A stretch of DNA of 64,000 bases from Klebsormidium nitens (GCA_000708835.1 DF237078.1:117143-181142); one strand, 5' to 3'; shown: positions 46,692 through 60,619, counted from the first letter of the stretch. Made by a program: numbers and translations. Notes: generated by a model not told the origin, from the sequence alone.

Positions 46692-49600
46692 ATGGCCTCC
46701 GTTTGCCACCACATTCCTCTGAGCCTATTTTCAGGGCATATAGCAGGATTGGAATCATCCCGATTCACTTATCCTAACCCGACGGCCCCCATTGTCCTCC
46801 GGACCCCGTTCTATCCAACCGGCGCTCCGTTCTGCCGTCGAGGAACAGCGCGATATCATCGCAAGTCGCTCAAAGTGTGTGCAGCCGCAGTGGTAAACAG
46901 AGTCGCACACGGTGGTGCAGCAGAGCCAGTAATGTGAGTGGGCTGGTCCCTTGTGCTGAGAGACAATCTTGGCTGGCACTTGCAGACAAATCGTGAGAAG
47001 AATCGAAAACGCCGCTTTCAATTGGATCGAGTCATTGATCATCAGCTTTCTTCAAGCGATTTCCTGTGCTCAGAAGGTTATGTATGCGTGGGCAGGCTGA
47101 CTCTGCTCGGGTCGGCTCACTGGTCTTTATCAGCAAGTGAAGTTCTGCTCCAGAATCATCTTCCACTATGAAACAGTCGGGAATTGCCAATATGTGAAGG
47201 AACTGGATGTTAAGTCTTGGCCTAATGAAAGATCTGAGAAGCTAAACTAGCCCAGCCTCAAGACAGTTTCTAATGAGCGCCTGCCATCCCTGCCCCTTGA
47301 AAGCCAATCACATCACTCTAGTAAGCCACTCAATGACAAAGAATGACTATCTTCATGAGAGGCCTTTTCACACCCCCCTGCAGGAAGACTGTCATCCTAG
47401 GCACTGTGGACGAGAGCGAGAACCTGACGCTGGACAAGATCCGCGACAATCTGATCCGCCAAGAAGACACCATCATCTTCAGTCTGATCGAGCGTGCCCA
47501 GTTCCGGCAAAACTCTGCAGCGTACGATGCAAAGAGTAACTCCGTCCCCGGGTTCGATGGTAGTCTGCTGGACTACCTGCTGAAAGAAACGGAGCACTTG
47601 CACGCAAAGGTGGGCCCAACATCCTTGATGTTTCATACTTCCGTTATGAAAGTAGTCGGTCGGATCTCCTTCGTCACTCGAAGGATTCACAATTTTGACA
47701 CGATCCGTGTCCTATTGAAACCAAAAGGAGGTCTGGGCACTATCATTTTAAGAGTCAGTCAAATGGATGCAGTTCGTCAGAAAGGAAAGGCTGCGGCATC
47801 ACTTTCTGTCCTTCTGAAGAGTAACATATCTTAGTACAAATCCTTGATCATTCTTGCTGCAGGTGCGCCGTTACACGAGCCCCGTGGAGCACCCTTTCTT
47901 TCCCGACGACCTTCCCGAACCCGTCCTACCCCCTCTGGCCTACCCACAGGTGAAACGACTGCAACACTACGGCCTGCCTTCTTATCCAAGCACTGTCCAA
48001 GCGACTCAGGCTCCATTTCAATGTGTTCGTATCGAATTTTCCAGAGTGATTCAGCGATGGACGTGGCTAGGTTTTAACCAGGACTTTTCCCTTGCGTCTC
48101 CCTAAGCACAGTTTTGTGCATGATCGGGAGATGATTCGATACTGTGCCCTCCGACCATGCACAATCTCGCATACTCCCTATTTGCCAAGGTACCCCCACA
48201 ACACCGAGATTTGAGAGAGGTGTCACGGCCAGCAACGCCTCGTTACTGACGAAACTTGCCTCACACATGTGACGCAGATCTCCCTGCCTGCTGCTTCGCG
48301 TATTTCTCGATCTAGTGAACAGTAAGCATTTTGGGGTTCACTAGAAACCCTGACCCGAAAGATCACCCGCTCCGTACCCGTACCCACCCTTATCCCCTAA
48401 GGAACTCTACCCGTCTCCATTAATATTCACTGGCTGTTACTACCCACTACAATGGTTGGGACTCCTTCGCCACATGCTACAATTGACCCACCGCTGCAAC
48501 GTCTTTGGTTCGGGCAGCCCCAAGCAAACCGTTCCAATCGTCGTTCCTGTCTAGATCAGGCTCCGAGAACGATACGTTTGAGCATAAACTTATGTTAATC
48601 ATGCCCTTGCGACCGCAGGTGCTGGCTCCTGCCGCCAAGGACATCAACATCAATCCGCGCATTCGGGCCATGTACTTCGAGGACCTGCTGCCCAAAATCG
48701 CCTCTGCGGGGGACGACGGAAACTACGGCTCCACAGCATGTTCCGACGTCCTCTGTTTACAGGTGCGATGCACAGCAGAGAATGAATTGAATTTTAGATG
48801 CACGCTTTGTTGCGGTGATTGTGCGCCTTTGAGCTTTCGAGCGGCACTAGTTTGCCAGGCCTCTGACCTTTTGCATGATGTGGCCAATTGTGATACGCCT
48901 CACACTCCATCCGGGTCAAGCAAACCAGCGACTTCGCCTCTGGAGGAACTACAATGAAATTGCGGATCGACCAGTGATCGGATGGCCCCCCTGAATTTTG
49001 CGTTTCGGTTCTCTGGACAACCTCGCCTCGGCTTTACGAACCGCCGCGTCATTTAAGCGCGGAATTCGCCAAGGCAAAGCCCATGCAAGTGACCCTTGTT
49101 GCGCTTGCTGTGCAGGCCCTGTCGGCGCGCATCCATTACGGAAAGTTCGTGGCGGAAGCCAAGTTCCGACAGCAGCCGGATCTGTATATTCCACTAATCG
49201 AGGCGCAGGTCAGTGGCTCCTTTTCTCTCTTCTTTCGCGGGCCGCAGTCAAGGAGGCGGGGGATCACTCTGGTCATTGGCACACAATCAGGGCGTACGGG
49301 CTCGCCCGTTAGATGGTGGGACGATTGGATTGACTAGCCATCGCTAAACCGGATCAAAGGGCTTCTGAATCGGAGCGTGCTTGTGAAATGTTTTCTAGTG
49401 GAGCATGTGCGATGGAAGAGTTTTTCTCTCGGTCGGACCCCGTCGTTTCTGAACGGCAGTCCCGATAAGGACTCGGGAGTCGCTAACACGTGGAGGTCAG
49501 TGGTCGTTGTGACGCCAATCACCAGCAGGTTGAAAAGGAGCCTGATTCGAGATCTTTCATAGTTCGCTGTTTGAATTTTTGCTGGATTTCGGCTCCGTAT

Positions 49601-49929
49601 TCAAGTTCCTTATCGAACGTTTGCATTGCGTGGCAGTCTACGAGCCCATGTAATGAAACGCCAGCAAACGTGGTCGGATCCGCTTTCTGCAGGATAAGCA
49701 GGGCTTGGTCGACCTGCTAACCTTCCCGGCACAGGAGCAGAAAGTGCTGGACCGTGTTGAGCTGAAAGCGGCGACGTACGGGCAAGACGTCACGCAGGCG
49801 GCGCCATTGGAGCACCGCACGTACAAGATAGAGCCCAAAGAGATTGCCAGGCTCTACGGGGAGTGGATCATCCCGCTCAATAAGGACGTGCAGATTCAGT
49901 ACCTGCTCAGACGGTTGGATGAGAGATAA
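46692..49929 (+). CDS. CM: Chorismate mutase, eukaryotic AroQ-gamma type, with a plastid transit peptide (~342 aa)
   Basis: Exons 46692-46933, 47384-47609, 47863-47949, 48619-48762, 49116-49208 and 49693-49929, all in phase. Motifs LDKIRDNLIRQEDTIIFSLIERAQF, RRYTSP.EHPFF, GDDGNYGSTA..D..CLQALS.RIHYGKFVAEAKF and IP....VQ..YLLRRLD. Confidence 0.97.
48301..48461. mobile_element. Second, diverged copy of the palindromic MITE-like repeat (in chorismate mutase intron 3)
   Basis: Reverse-complement alignment to 2641-2820: TATTTCTCGATC.AGTGAACAGTAAGCATTTTGGGG...CACCCGCTCCG.ACCCGTA.CCACCCT.A.CCCCTAA...CTACCCGTCTCC...TTCACTGGCTGTTACT. It lacks one AGTGAACAG unit at each end. Confidence 0.8.
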
Positions 49930-51476
49930 AGTAAGCAGTCCGGTCAGTGAGATGGTCCGAAAGCCCTCCTCGTCGTGTTTGAGTTACAACAGCGTTAGCT
50001 GGAATTGCAACGTCAATGCATTGCCTAAAAGAGAATGTTCGATCGCACTTCTAAGGTAATCTTTAGGGGTCATTACGAGAAGCATCGAGGTAGGCGCTCG
50101 AGGATAATCAGCTCGTCTGGCGCTCGTTCAGCTGATGACCCGCTTGCCGTAATCCGAAACAGCGCCCGGATCCATCTGTCTGCTTGCGATGAAGCTGCGG
50201 GACTTTGCAGAGCAAGTTCCACGGTCAATCGATAGTTGATCAAAATTACCATAACCAGGAGGCCTCTAAATTCACTTTGCCTGCAAGGCCGGCAGCAGAA
50301 ATGTCAAGCATCTGGCAAGCGGCAAGACTGATCCAGGCACGCGTGTTGGTAAGCATGCCTGGTCCAGCATGATCATGCAAAGTGGCATACACAGGGTTAT
50401 GCGTTGCATGCATGTGCCCAGGGCGCCGAGGCCAGCGCGTTGTCCGCAGGCCGCCCATGTGCATATGTACTGATTGATTGCACGCTGAGCGCTTAGTAGG
50501 GGCGCCACCTCCATAATTATAGGTACCGGTAACCGTAGTACTTATAAATGTACCGTTCGGTAAGCTTACAATCTTAGTACACGTACATGGGCAATGGTAA
50601 CTTCTCATTGGTTAACGCCCTTAGCCACATTAGGCAATGCATTGGCAATACATGGACCGTCACGTCGGTGCATTGCCGCGCTTGCAGACGAGGGGATCAT
50701 TGCACGTACCCGGACCGCGGCACCTATCTATACAAATGATTTCGCAGGTAATGACCCTCAAACGTAGATATATGTAATTCGTGATCCATATGCGCATCTC
50801 CATGCACGCGTGGAGTACGCGCGTCCATTTGCCGAATGGACGCGAATCGCATGCTGCACCCCAGCCCGGCCGCAGGCTGCAATTGATTGCGTCTAGAGGA
50901 GAACATGCAATCATGGCTTCAGATTAAACAGTTGACCCATATTGAACTTATCAAACCGTTGGACGGATCCTAAGATCTGTGACTCTATTTTGAGTAGTGG
51001 ACAAGGAGTCGCTTCGTAATCAGAAGGATCGATCATCAGAGTTGAGCTTGAGTCCAATTACGCTAGCAGATAAATCGGTTAACTTGAGATGTTTCGGACT
51101 CTATCGGACAAAAGTGACAGTCAACACAAATATTAGATTACCGATTGGAGCTCTGCATCTCTAACCGGGCGATGGTCCTGGCCATACTCCAATCAGCGAG
51201 ATGGGCTTGGCAATCTATCAGCTCAACTTTGCCCAGAATTAGTATAGAGGTCGCGGACCTCCAGCCTACCGTACACCAACCTGGGACACTTTATCCAATG
51301 CACTTAGACGTGTTAGATGACCACGGTTACCTTCATTCGGACCGCCCATGATTTCTAGAAAGCGACCCTTGCAAACCGCTTTACTTTGCCTGCTGAAGCA
51401 CCACTAGTAAGGAGCGTATTTACAGTGCCGGCCCAAAGCAAACCTGTCCTACTATTACGTAGATAAAGCAGCACTC

Positions 51477-54400
51477 CTACTGCTTTTTCTTGATCGCCGT
51501 TAGGGGCTGATACCGCACCCGATTATAACGTAGAGTGATGTACGCCAGGAAGTGGGCGCCAATCATGACGATCGTCTGGTAGCCAATGGACTCCCACACC
51601 TGGCACAGGATCAGAAGACGGGCCAAGTGAGCAGACTGGTCAGTCACGGCGTTGATAGTTGGTGTCAATAACGTTCCTCATGACGACTGGTCGAGCAAGG
51701 GGTATCTGTCGGAATCTAGGTTTGAACGTGCACGTCACGATACACAAAGAAAGGACAATAACAGCTTTGCCAAGCTGCTTCTCGGCAAAACGCGCCTTGC
51801 AAACCAAAGCCTCCAGACCCTTACGGTAAGGTCGAAGACTGTACTCAAAGAAGAAACCTCGGGAAGCACCTGATCGAAGACAACGGATCGCCGTACGGGC
51901 GTGACAGCATCAAACGCCCTGACACGACCAAAGGAGGCATGAACGTCGTACCATACAAGTCGCACCTATTTCAGAAGTGGTTCTAGAGCACAACTCTCAT
52001 TTTCTCAAAACACCGGGAGAAGTAAACAGGGGCTCTTTGTTGCTTCTGCACTCACCGTGTAGTCCTCGATGGACAGGTACCGGAGGTACTTGTCCCCGGT
52101 GCTGTAGCAGGTCGACTCAGTGACGTTCGCGCACCCGCTGAAGCTCCGGCCTGCAACAAGGGCTGGCACTGTCAGGAACGAACAACTAAGAGCATGCGGC
52201 CAGGTTTCTGCCAGACGGCGGGTCTCGGATATCCAGTGGCACTACGCGACAGTTACAAACGGTACACTAGAGAAAGAGAGCGCGACCGTCAACGAGCAAA
52301 GCCGGGAATGCTTCAGAGACGAGGCTTTGATGATAATCACTTTCCAATGATTTTGGGTTTCCTGAGTTTCAAGACGGCAAGCTCACCTTCGAGCTCGTTG
52401 ATAGAGAAACCGATGAAGGCCCACTTGATGGGCGACAGGTTGCTGATCCAGCGCAGCGCGACGGGGATGCTGTTCAGGTTAATGTAGAAGCCGCCGAAGA
52501 GCATGCAGATAACGGTCACCAGCGGGCCCAGCGCGAGAGCCACCGGCGGAGTGGGCGCGATCGCTGACACCTGGCAGAACACGATTGGACGGTGCGTTTT
52601 GTGCTGAGATTCCGTGGATATCACATTGAGCCCGTCTAGGCTTCGGAGAGTATAACACAGAGGTTTGCGGAAAAGATGGGGTATGAAGCCACGTGGCTAA
52701 AAGACGCAAACTTTCTGAGCTTCTCTTTGACACCTACACGCCACTTGGATGCAGATAATGCTGTTGCTAACGGAAGAGACGGAGGAAATCTTGTCTGGGA
52801 AACAGGGGAGAACGAAGCCTAAAAGTGATGCTATTTGAGTATGTGTGATTTTCGCGGCAAGCTCAAACTGTCCGCAAAAAGAGAAAGGAAAAGAAGAGAG
52901 CACTCGGCAGAAAGTCTTGACAGGAGATTCATAACCCTGCAAGCAACCGTCAGGAGGTATCATTATGTTGATTTCTAGTTCATTTCATAGTAGGGCTTGA
53001 ACATGTTTTTCTTAAGGGTTCAGCTCGCGGGCACCACCAGAAAAGACACCGGTTTTAAGGGCCTTAGGACTTGTTTCTCTCAAAATTTTGGCTCTGACAA
53101 ACTCAATATGTCAAGTTCCCGCAACAATGAGGTTCCAGGACTTCAACATTGAAAGGCTGCGGCGTACGGCAACGTACCAGCAGGCCGACGCCGTTCATGG
53201 CGGTGAATTCCCAGATGCCGATGAGGAGGTAGCGGAAGAACTTGCCGGCGTCGTGCTGGAAGCCGACGATCCAGTAGACCACCGTCACGAAAATGATGGT
53301 GGCAATCACGCGCAGCGGCCACTCCCTGTGACAACCAAAACCAAGCAGAGCGCTTACACTTTGACAATGAAGAACTAACGTGGCCGCGGGACGAAACCAT
53401 TTTCATGTCCGGAGAGCCGTACTCACATAGACCGATAAGCAGGACGCCGAGTGGACCGCTCACGCTCGTATGGGACAGGCCGCAACGGCCAGCGGATCGA
53501 AATGGGTTCTGTTTCACGAGAGGCCGTTATCACACAGACATAAAGCGGGGCACGGCGCAGTTTTAACACATTCTGTCCCGAGTTGTAGTGCTCTAAGGGC
53601 CCTGCCCACCCGCTACCCCCAAATCGATTGAAGGTTTAACGAGCAAATGATCTAATGTGGCATGAAGTTCCAACAAGGACACGAGAATACTCGGTGTGGG
53701 TGTGCCATCGAGTAGGTTCGAAGTGGAAGGAGATAACCGGAGCGAAATGCACCGATTTCTTTAAGGACCTGGAATGCAGCCGATGTACGTGTTGCGGCGG
53801 GCCTCTGTCCATCTGACAGGTACAGCAGTGGTTGAGTGCCTTTCAAAATCCAGACTCGAAGAGAGGACTGCCAAGGCTTCCCTAAATACAGAACCAATCA
53901 CCATGTCTAAGACGAACGGCGGCACTCCAAGAAAACTTGGCAGCAAACAGTGAAGAAATAGGGACAAGAAGAGAGCAAGCGGCTGAGAATGAACCCTTAC
54001 GCAATAACCTTGGCGGGGTAGAAAGCGGAGACCCGGTATGCATTGGCGGCTCTCTCGCGGGCAACTGGGGAAGGAAAATGCACGGTTCGGCATGAGCAAC
54101 AAGCTACTCCGACGCGTTTGTGACTGTGTCGAAGCCGCTCGGGTTCACTTGTGAATGCCAACGCGACATCATCGGGGTTGCCGTGTAGATGCAGATTACC
54201 GTGTGCAAACTCTTTATATGACGGTATGGAAGAGAGAAGTACGCAGAGCAGGAAGGCCGCAAACAACTCATTAAGGTTCCCTCCACTGTAGTGATCTAGC
54301 CTGACGTTTGGAATGAAAAGGCCACGTCAAGCGATGCAACAGAAGAAGGTTGTAGGAGTGACAGGGTTGCTAGAGCCATGCTCAGAGTAAAAGCGGTCTG

Positions 54401-57400
54401 CGGAGCCAAACTCACTGACGGCCCGCTCCACCGGGAATGTCGTGATCATTTGGAACACTCCGTTGAACGCCTGCGGACGGCAAGCACGTGCTTTTTACGG
54501 AAACGCAAAGGTAGGGAATGACGCTCTGGTCGAATGATTGAATGCAGACGAGATGGGACGCCCTCATAGTAGGATCAAACTCACACGCTGGTTGAGAATT
54601 CCACTGCAGACAACCACTTGGATGGACGCATACGTGGATGAAAATAAGCACGAAGCTAGGGAGGCGCAAGCAAATGATGACTCCTGGCTCACAGAAGAGT
54701 TCAGCATGTTCTGGGAAAGCGAAGTCAACTTCGAAACAATTTCTTAAAGGAGCGACATTCTTGTCAACCGTAGCGATGCAAACCTCTACTATACCTGGGC
54801 AGCGTCTGAGTGAGTGAAGTGACAAATCCCGCTGTAAGAAATGATCGATCGTACCAGGACCCAATCGCCCTTGTTTCGTTCGGGCCCTGTTCGGGGCACT
54901 CACCACAAAGATAGTGGTGAAGAAGATGACCCCCGTCCGGTTCTGCAGGGCCTTCTGGTCGTTGCCGACGGTCGAGAAGAGCGCGCCCACGATGCACGAC
55001 ATCACTATGCTCTGCAAGAGACGCACGTGCCACGTGTAAGTGAGAGGACAGATCTGCAGATGGAGGTGCCAAAAGGTAACGGTTCGGGAACATTGCAGCT
55101 TTTTCAGAAGACTCGCGCACCGACACTTAGCAGGTCGCAGATACATAGACGTGCGTTGCCCCAACCTAAGGTAGGTTGGTTCGTGACAAGGTCGAAGAAA
55201 GCGCAAAAGCAGGCGGCATATGTTTATACACCCAGCATTCTGGAACTTCAAGGACAATCAATTATCTGCTGTTCAAACAAACGTTCCACAAATGTCGCCC
55301 TCAATAAAACTACAATTCGAGCAGCCAACCGCGAGCTGCCACGTGTCCTCACCTGGACGAGCGCAATCATGAGCGGCAGGCGGTCCCTGCTGGTCTGGAT
55401 GAAGGCCCGCCAAAGGAGCACCCGGAACTGGAGGATCCAACTGCTGGCGTACTTGCCCAGGCTCGAGTCCTCCAGACCCTTGCTGAGGTCACCCTTGGTG
55501 ACGTCAGCGCCCGCCGGAGTGACCTCAGGCAGGTTCTGTAGGGGGGTGCGGGATACATTGGCTTATGACAGGACCGAGGGCAATAAGGAGAGATTGCTAG
55601 AAGAAATCTGTTGGCGGGAAGGCGGACCGCACGCTTGACAAAAAGCGGCCAACATTCGGCTCGCCCCTCTGCAGTTTCCACAGCAACCCATTCGTGGACA
55701 GCAAGCAACTTGAATAGGGGCTTGGGAAACGGTACACAAATGCGACCGGTTTGAAAAAGCGACTGTTTGCCCGAGGCTCCGCGCTGACGGTCGCCCAAAA
55801 AGGCACGCGGTCAGAGATTCGCAGCGACACTCAGTTGCATTTCTAGGGATTTTGCGTCGCTGGAGAGCCACGTACGGGACGCACCCTTCAATTGTTGGAG
55901 CCGAAACCCCAAAAGTGTAAAGTGGTAACTAACTAACTAACTAACTAACGCGGCCCAGGATAAACGTGCCCCTCGCCTCACCTTTTGCCACTCGGCCTGC
56001 AGCATCTTGACGCGCCCGGTGCTCTCCTTCTCGCGCTCGGGGTCCCGGGAGTCGAGCGAGATCTTGTCCATGAAAAAGTCGGCTGCAAAGAAGGGGAACC
56101 AAAAATGGTGGATGAGGATTCAGCGAACAGGAGATCTGGAGAGGCATAATGCAATCTCTAAGCGGTGACGAAAGCGACCGGCCGTAGCCAGCAAACAGTA
56201 GGGCGCCACGTGCTCTGGTCAAAGAAGACGGTTGACTGATAGATGCGTTCCGCAAATTAAAGAGATGGAAGATTCTCGATTCTGGCCTAGATCAGATCAA
56301 CAGACATCCGCGCATTGTCAAGTGCCAAAGGACAACGTGTCTCAATCCGCCCAATCCGAGTTTCGCGCGCTTCGAGCACACAATATATGCTGGCATAATG
56401 ACTACATCCCGCAGAGCGGCGCCTAAAACATATGCAGCGGAGCTTATTCGGTGCCTCAGCAAGGAGTCCATAACCGGGCTCTTAGATGAGGAGAGGAGAA
56501 ATCAAAACGTAGCAATTTCTCACCAGTCGAACGACATCAACCAGCAGCATTACTGTGACTGGGTGGATGTTCTCAGCTTAAAAATGCTCACCTGGATTGA
56601 AATGCTGTGGGCACGTGAGGCCTTTGGAGTCGAAGTATGCAACGGCCTGGCTGGCCGGCCCGAAGTAGATCATCTCTCCTTCGGAGAGCAACAGGAGGTC
56701 CTCAAACTGCAGGATTTGGAAAACGAAGCGTTTGAAGCATATTTTTTGGGGCGATTAGGACGACATGCCCTTGCTCTGAGGTGCTATCATCGTGTGAGCA
56801 AACAACGTGAAGAAACGAAATTTTTAGCAAGATTCACGCCGCAAGATAGCTCGACAAGAGCGAGTGACTGGGCCCCCGAACACTCGATGACTAGTTAACA
56901 ACTCTTGTTCAAAGAAGGTCCCATAGACTACGCGAGAGAGCCCAATAAGCAAACAGTCCAGGGTCTTTGTTTTGACGTCGGGCATCAGAGAATCAAGCTC
57001 TCGGGTCGGAAGAATAAGAGTGAAACAGAAGAGCAGCAGGGAGACGGCGTACCAGTGCGTAGATGCTGCTGCGAGGCTGGTGGATGGTGCTGCAGATTGG
57101 AACAGCAAGCGAGCTCAGTGGCATGACTCTGAGTCACAAAGACTGAATGATCTGCAGCGCTTTTCTTTTGCACCCTCTGGGGCCAGCGAACGAGTTTACA
57201 AGTATAGAAGCCTTCTGAACGTCGATACGAAACTGCGTTGTCATCTGGCTCATCCACAAGGCAAGCAGTTCCCGAAGCCGCCTATTCGGATGGAATACTA
57301 AAGGACCCCGAGCGCTTGTCCTTCCGATATTGATAAGGCGCCTAGATTTCATTTTGAATGTTGCTATCTGGAGAACTGCACCCACGACTTCAATGGTACA

Positions 57401-60400
57401 ATCACCATGCAAAGTGCCCGCTTTGTTGGATGGAGCACTTGCTCGAAGGTGCGCGCAACCTGCTGAAAGCGATTGTCAAGCCCTCAGCATTGAGTTGCAC
57501 TGCGCATCCGTCATCCGGGAGCACAGCTTCGGAGAGAAGAGCGGCTCACGAGATGATGGTGCGGCCCTTGTCGGCCAGCGCGCCCAGGCTGCTCATCACA
57601 TTCAACGCCTGGAAACTGCAAAAAGGAATGACGACAAGATATGAGCGGGGCTGCATCGTACGACGATCAAGATGTGGTCAAATCCCGAGATTGCATTTTG
57701 GAGCGAAAGGAGCACAAGAGTAGCAGTTCTAAAGAAGCAAATGATGGACCGGGTGATAGAAGTATAAGGTAGACAAAGAGAGGGGGATGTGCAGACAATG
57801 CAAGCTAATTGTGCGGTCTCAACACGGCTCCACTTTATCTGATGAGATGAAGCAAAGAGGACAGGCACGAGAGAATAAGGCAATAGGAACGATGCTCATG
57901 AGGAATGGCTGCCACTTGTTTCGGAATTGCGGTCACTATTTTTTGCAGCAGCCGTAGGGCTAACCTGTCCAGCCCACTCGTTGGCTCGTCCAGAAAGATC
58001 TGCAGAGGGTTCGAAACCAGTAGTGTCAGAGAAGCAAACTACAGAACCAGTACAACTGATTGACCTGCGAAGAAACCACCTGGTGAAAATGGAAAATGAT
58101 GGAAACGTCACTTCGAAAAACAGGGCTGATTGCCTCCCTTGTTGACGTGACATGTTCCAAAAACGGTAAGGCTTTTTATTCGTGATCCTATTGGCCGAAA
58201 CCCTTACCGGGTTGACCGCATTGACCGAAATCGGAACTTGAGCGACTAAAATCCCCTACTACCCCCAGCAAATTCCCCGCTGCGAAAACGAGACATCCTT
58301 AACCCCGTATCAAACCCTTCATCGCAAACTCCCCTTTCAAAGGGGAGAACATTCTTGTTGCATCCAAAGTGCTTGTAGATGTGGCTAGAACCTCGTTAAG
58401 ATTCACCTAAATCAACCGAACGGCTCAAAGGCACAAACAACGTCCAAGCTTCCAATCTTGGACAGCAAGATTGCTTCGATCTACCCACTCACGCATTCTG
58501 GTGGCACTGAAAGACACCACCTAGAACCAGTCCCTTCGCATTAGGCCAGATTTGTATCTCATCTGAACTCAACCCCACTGCACAAGCTACCGCACAACAG
58601 CCCCCCAGAGCAAACCGCTCACCATGGACGGGTTGGAGAGCATCTCCACAGCGATGTTGGCCCGCTTGCGCTCGCCGCCGCTGACCCCTCGCCGGAACGC
58701 ATTCCCGATTATCGTGTTGCGCGCCTTGCCCAGCCCCAGCTCACTCACAATCGAGTCCACGCGCTCCATCTTCTTTTGGGGGGACATCTTGCTGGGCAGC
58801 CGCAGCAGCGCAGCGGTCGTGAGCGTCTCCTGAACCGTCAAGCTGCTGTAGAGGACGTCGTCTTGCATCACCTAGGGAGTGGGTAAGAAGTCAAGCGGTT
58901 AGAGAGTGGGGCTGGCAACTAGCATCACTTGGGGGAGGGGGGGATGTATCAAGGTGGTTAGGGGGTGGAGTAGCGGTCTTGCATCACCTGGGAAGGGGTG
59001 TGACAGAAGTGATTAGAGACTGGAATAGCAGTTTTGCATCCCTCAAGGAAGAACAAGTGAAACCGAGGGGGTGAGACGGTGGATTAGGAATCTTGCCACA
59101 CTTGAGAAGGGGGGTAGATTGGAACGATGGACCGAAGGATGGATATGACTGCTCCCAGGGGGGGGGAGTATGATGGGATTGCCCTGGCCCATGATCCTTT
59201 CAAGGGAACAAGGTGCATAGCCTTTGATAAGATGATCCCAAGGCTGGCCAATGTCAGCATTATTTAACACCATATCAGGGGCCTTCCCTGAGTTAGTACT
59301 TCCTGAACCTGCTGAGACTGTTAATCAAATGTTGCTGCGGAATCTTAATGGTGGTCAGACCTTGCCTACGGGCGGAACAAGCCTAAGAGATAAAATACAT
59401 TTGAATCAATCTCATACTCCTTTCACAAGGAGGAACTTCCTTCCCCAAGGAAAACTTAAAGGAGAAAATTCCCTGCAATCTGCCCACACTTCAAGAACAA
59501 TTATTTCACCATTTTCACAACAGCTTCTCAGCTGGTGCGACAAGGAACAATTTCGTGGCAACCCCTGCTTTGGAAGAACCGACTTTCACCCTCCTGGAGA
59601 TGTATCCAAGGCGCCTTATTGGGTGCAACCAATGACCTTTGAATTGAAATGCGGGTGCAGATGGTCCCCTGAGAGGGGCTACTCACATATGCAGTGATGC
59701 GCTTGAATGTATTCTCCCTCGGCTTGCCGTTCACCAGGATCTCTCCGTCCAAAGTGCCCACCCGCTGCAGCCGCCCCGCCAGCGCATTCAGCAAGCTGGT
59801 CTTCCCGCTCCCTAGAAAGATGCAGAGCATCCACTCGTTCCAATCAAATCAGAGGTACTTCATTCTGCCCGACTATCCCGTCAAGGACAGAATCCCATCT
59901 TGCAACAGACAAAATCCAATTGCCAATCAAAGAAAACATAAATCACTAGCCGGTGGTCATACCGTGCTTTCTTTGCAACCGTTCAAGGTGGTTAAAGTTT
60001 CCAAATGCAATGATGGCTGGAAACGGGCAAGGAATCTGGCCCTGGTCTGGTGCTTAACAAGAAAAGAACATAAAGAATCAAACCACACTTGGACAAAACC
60101 CCAAACAGTGAAGCCTGGCTGGATAGCCGCGGTCAACGATGGGCAGCGACGAAATGCTCAAGAAAGTACCAAAACCCCGTGCTAAAGCACAAAACTCCAC
60201 TCATTTCCCCAGAATGTGGAGAATACCAGAATGTCCACAGTATCATCCTCACTTAGAATCGACCGGGTTCGCATTCCTGAGTTGCATGACTTACCCGTGG
60301 GCCCCATGATCGCCACAAAGGTCCCCGCCCGCACCGTCCCTGAGAGGTTCTTAAGGATGCGCTTCGTGACCTTGCCCTCCTCGGCCTTCCCCTTGCCCTT

Positions 60401-60619
60401 CTTGACCACTATGCTGTAGTTGAGCTGCCGCCACTCCAGAGACACCCGCACCGTCTGTGCCGAGAGGCTGAGTGTGGCGTCCTTCAGCTTGCGAGAGTGG
60501 CCCTTCTCCAAGTCGTGCGCCGCCGCATCTCCATGGGGCGCCTGCATTTCGAGCGCGGCATGGGCCTCGTGCGCACCATTTGCAGTGTGTGCAGCATGAA
60601 TGCCGTTCTCAGGGTCCAT
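51477..60619 (-). CDS. ABCG (white/WBC) half-size ABC transporter, NBD-TMD order (~670 aa)
   Basis: 16 exons, all in phase: 60619-60295, 59811-59687, 58871-58623, 57999-57965, 57615-57550, 57089-57053, 56706-56592, 56082-55982, 55535-55353, 55011-54904, 54470-54416, 54064-54001, 53325-53178, 52570-52387, 52150-52056 and 51599-51477. Walker A GPTGSGKTS, signature VSGGERKR, Walker B IFLDEPTSGLD, H-loop TIHQP, NPADF, and TMD motifs FPVERAV..RER and LFGGFYIN. Confidence 0.96.
55926..55949. repeat. (TAAC)6 microsatellite in an ABCG intron
   Basis: Six perfect TAAC units. Confidence 0.9.
58862..59045. repeat. Degenerate ~57-nt tandem repeat spanning the ABCG intron 2/exon 3 acceptor
   Basis: The (C)TTGCATCACCT(A/G)GG-like anchor recurs at ~58862, ~58921, ~58978 and ~59033. 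Confidence 0.65.

Noticed and set aside
15584-55638. Many 100-330-aa ORFs antisense or off-frame to SCD1, lipase, ferritin-like and ABCG exons (e.g. 21859-22845, 54841-55638, 25799-26401)
   Set aside because: They are shadow ORFs produced by GC3-rich codon usage in real exons.
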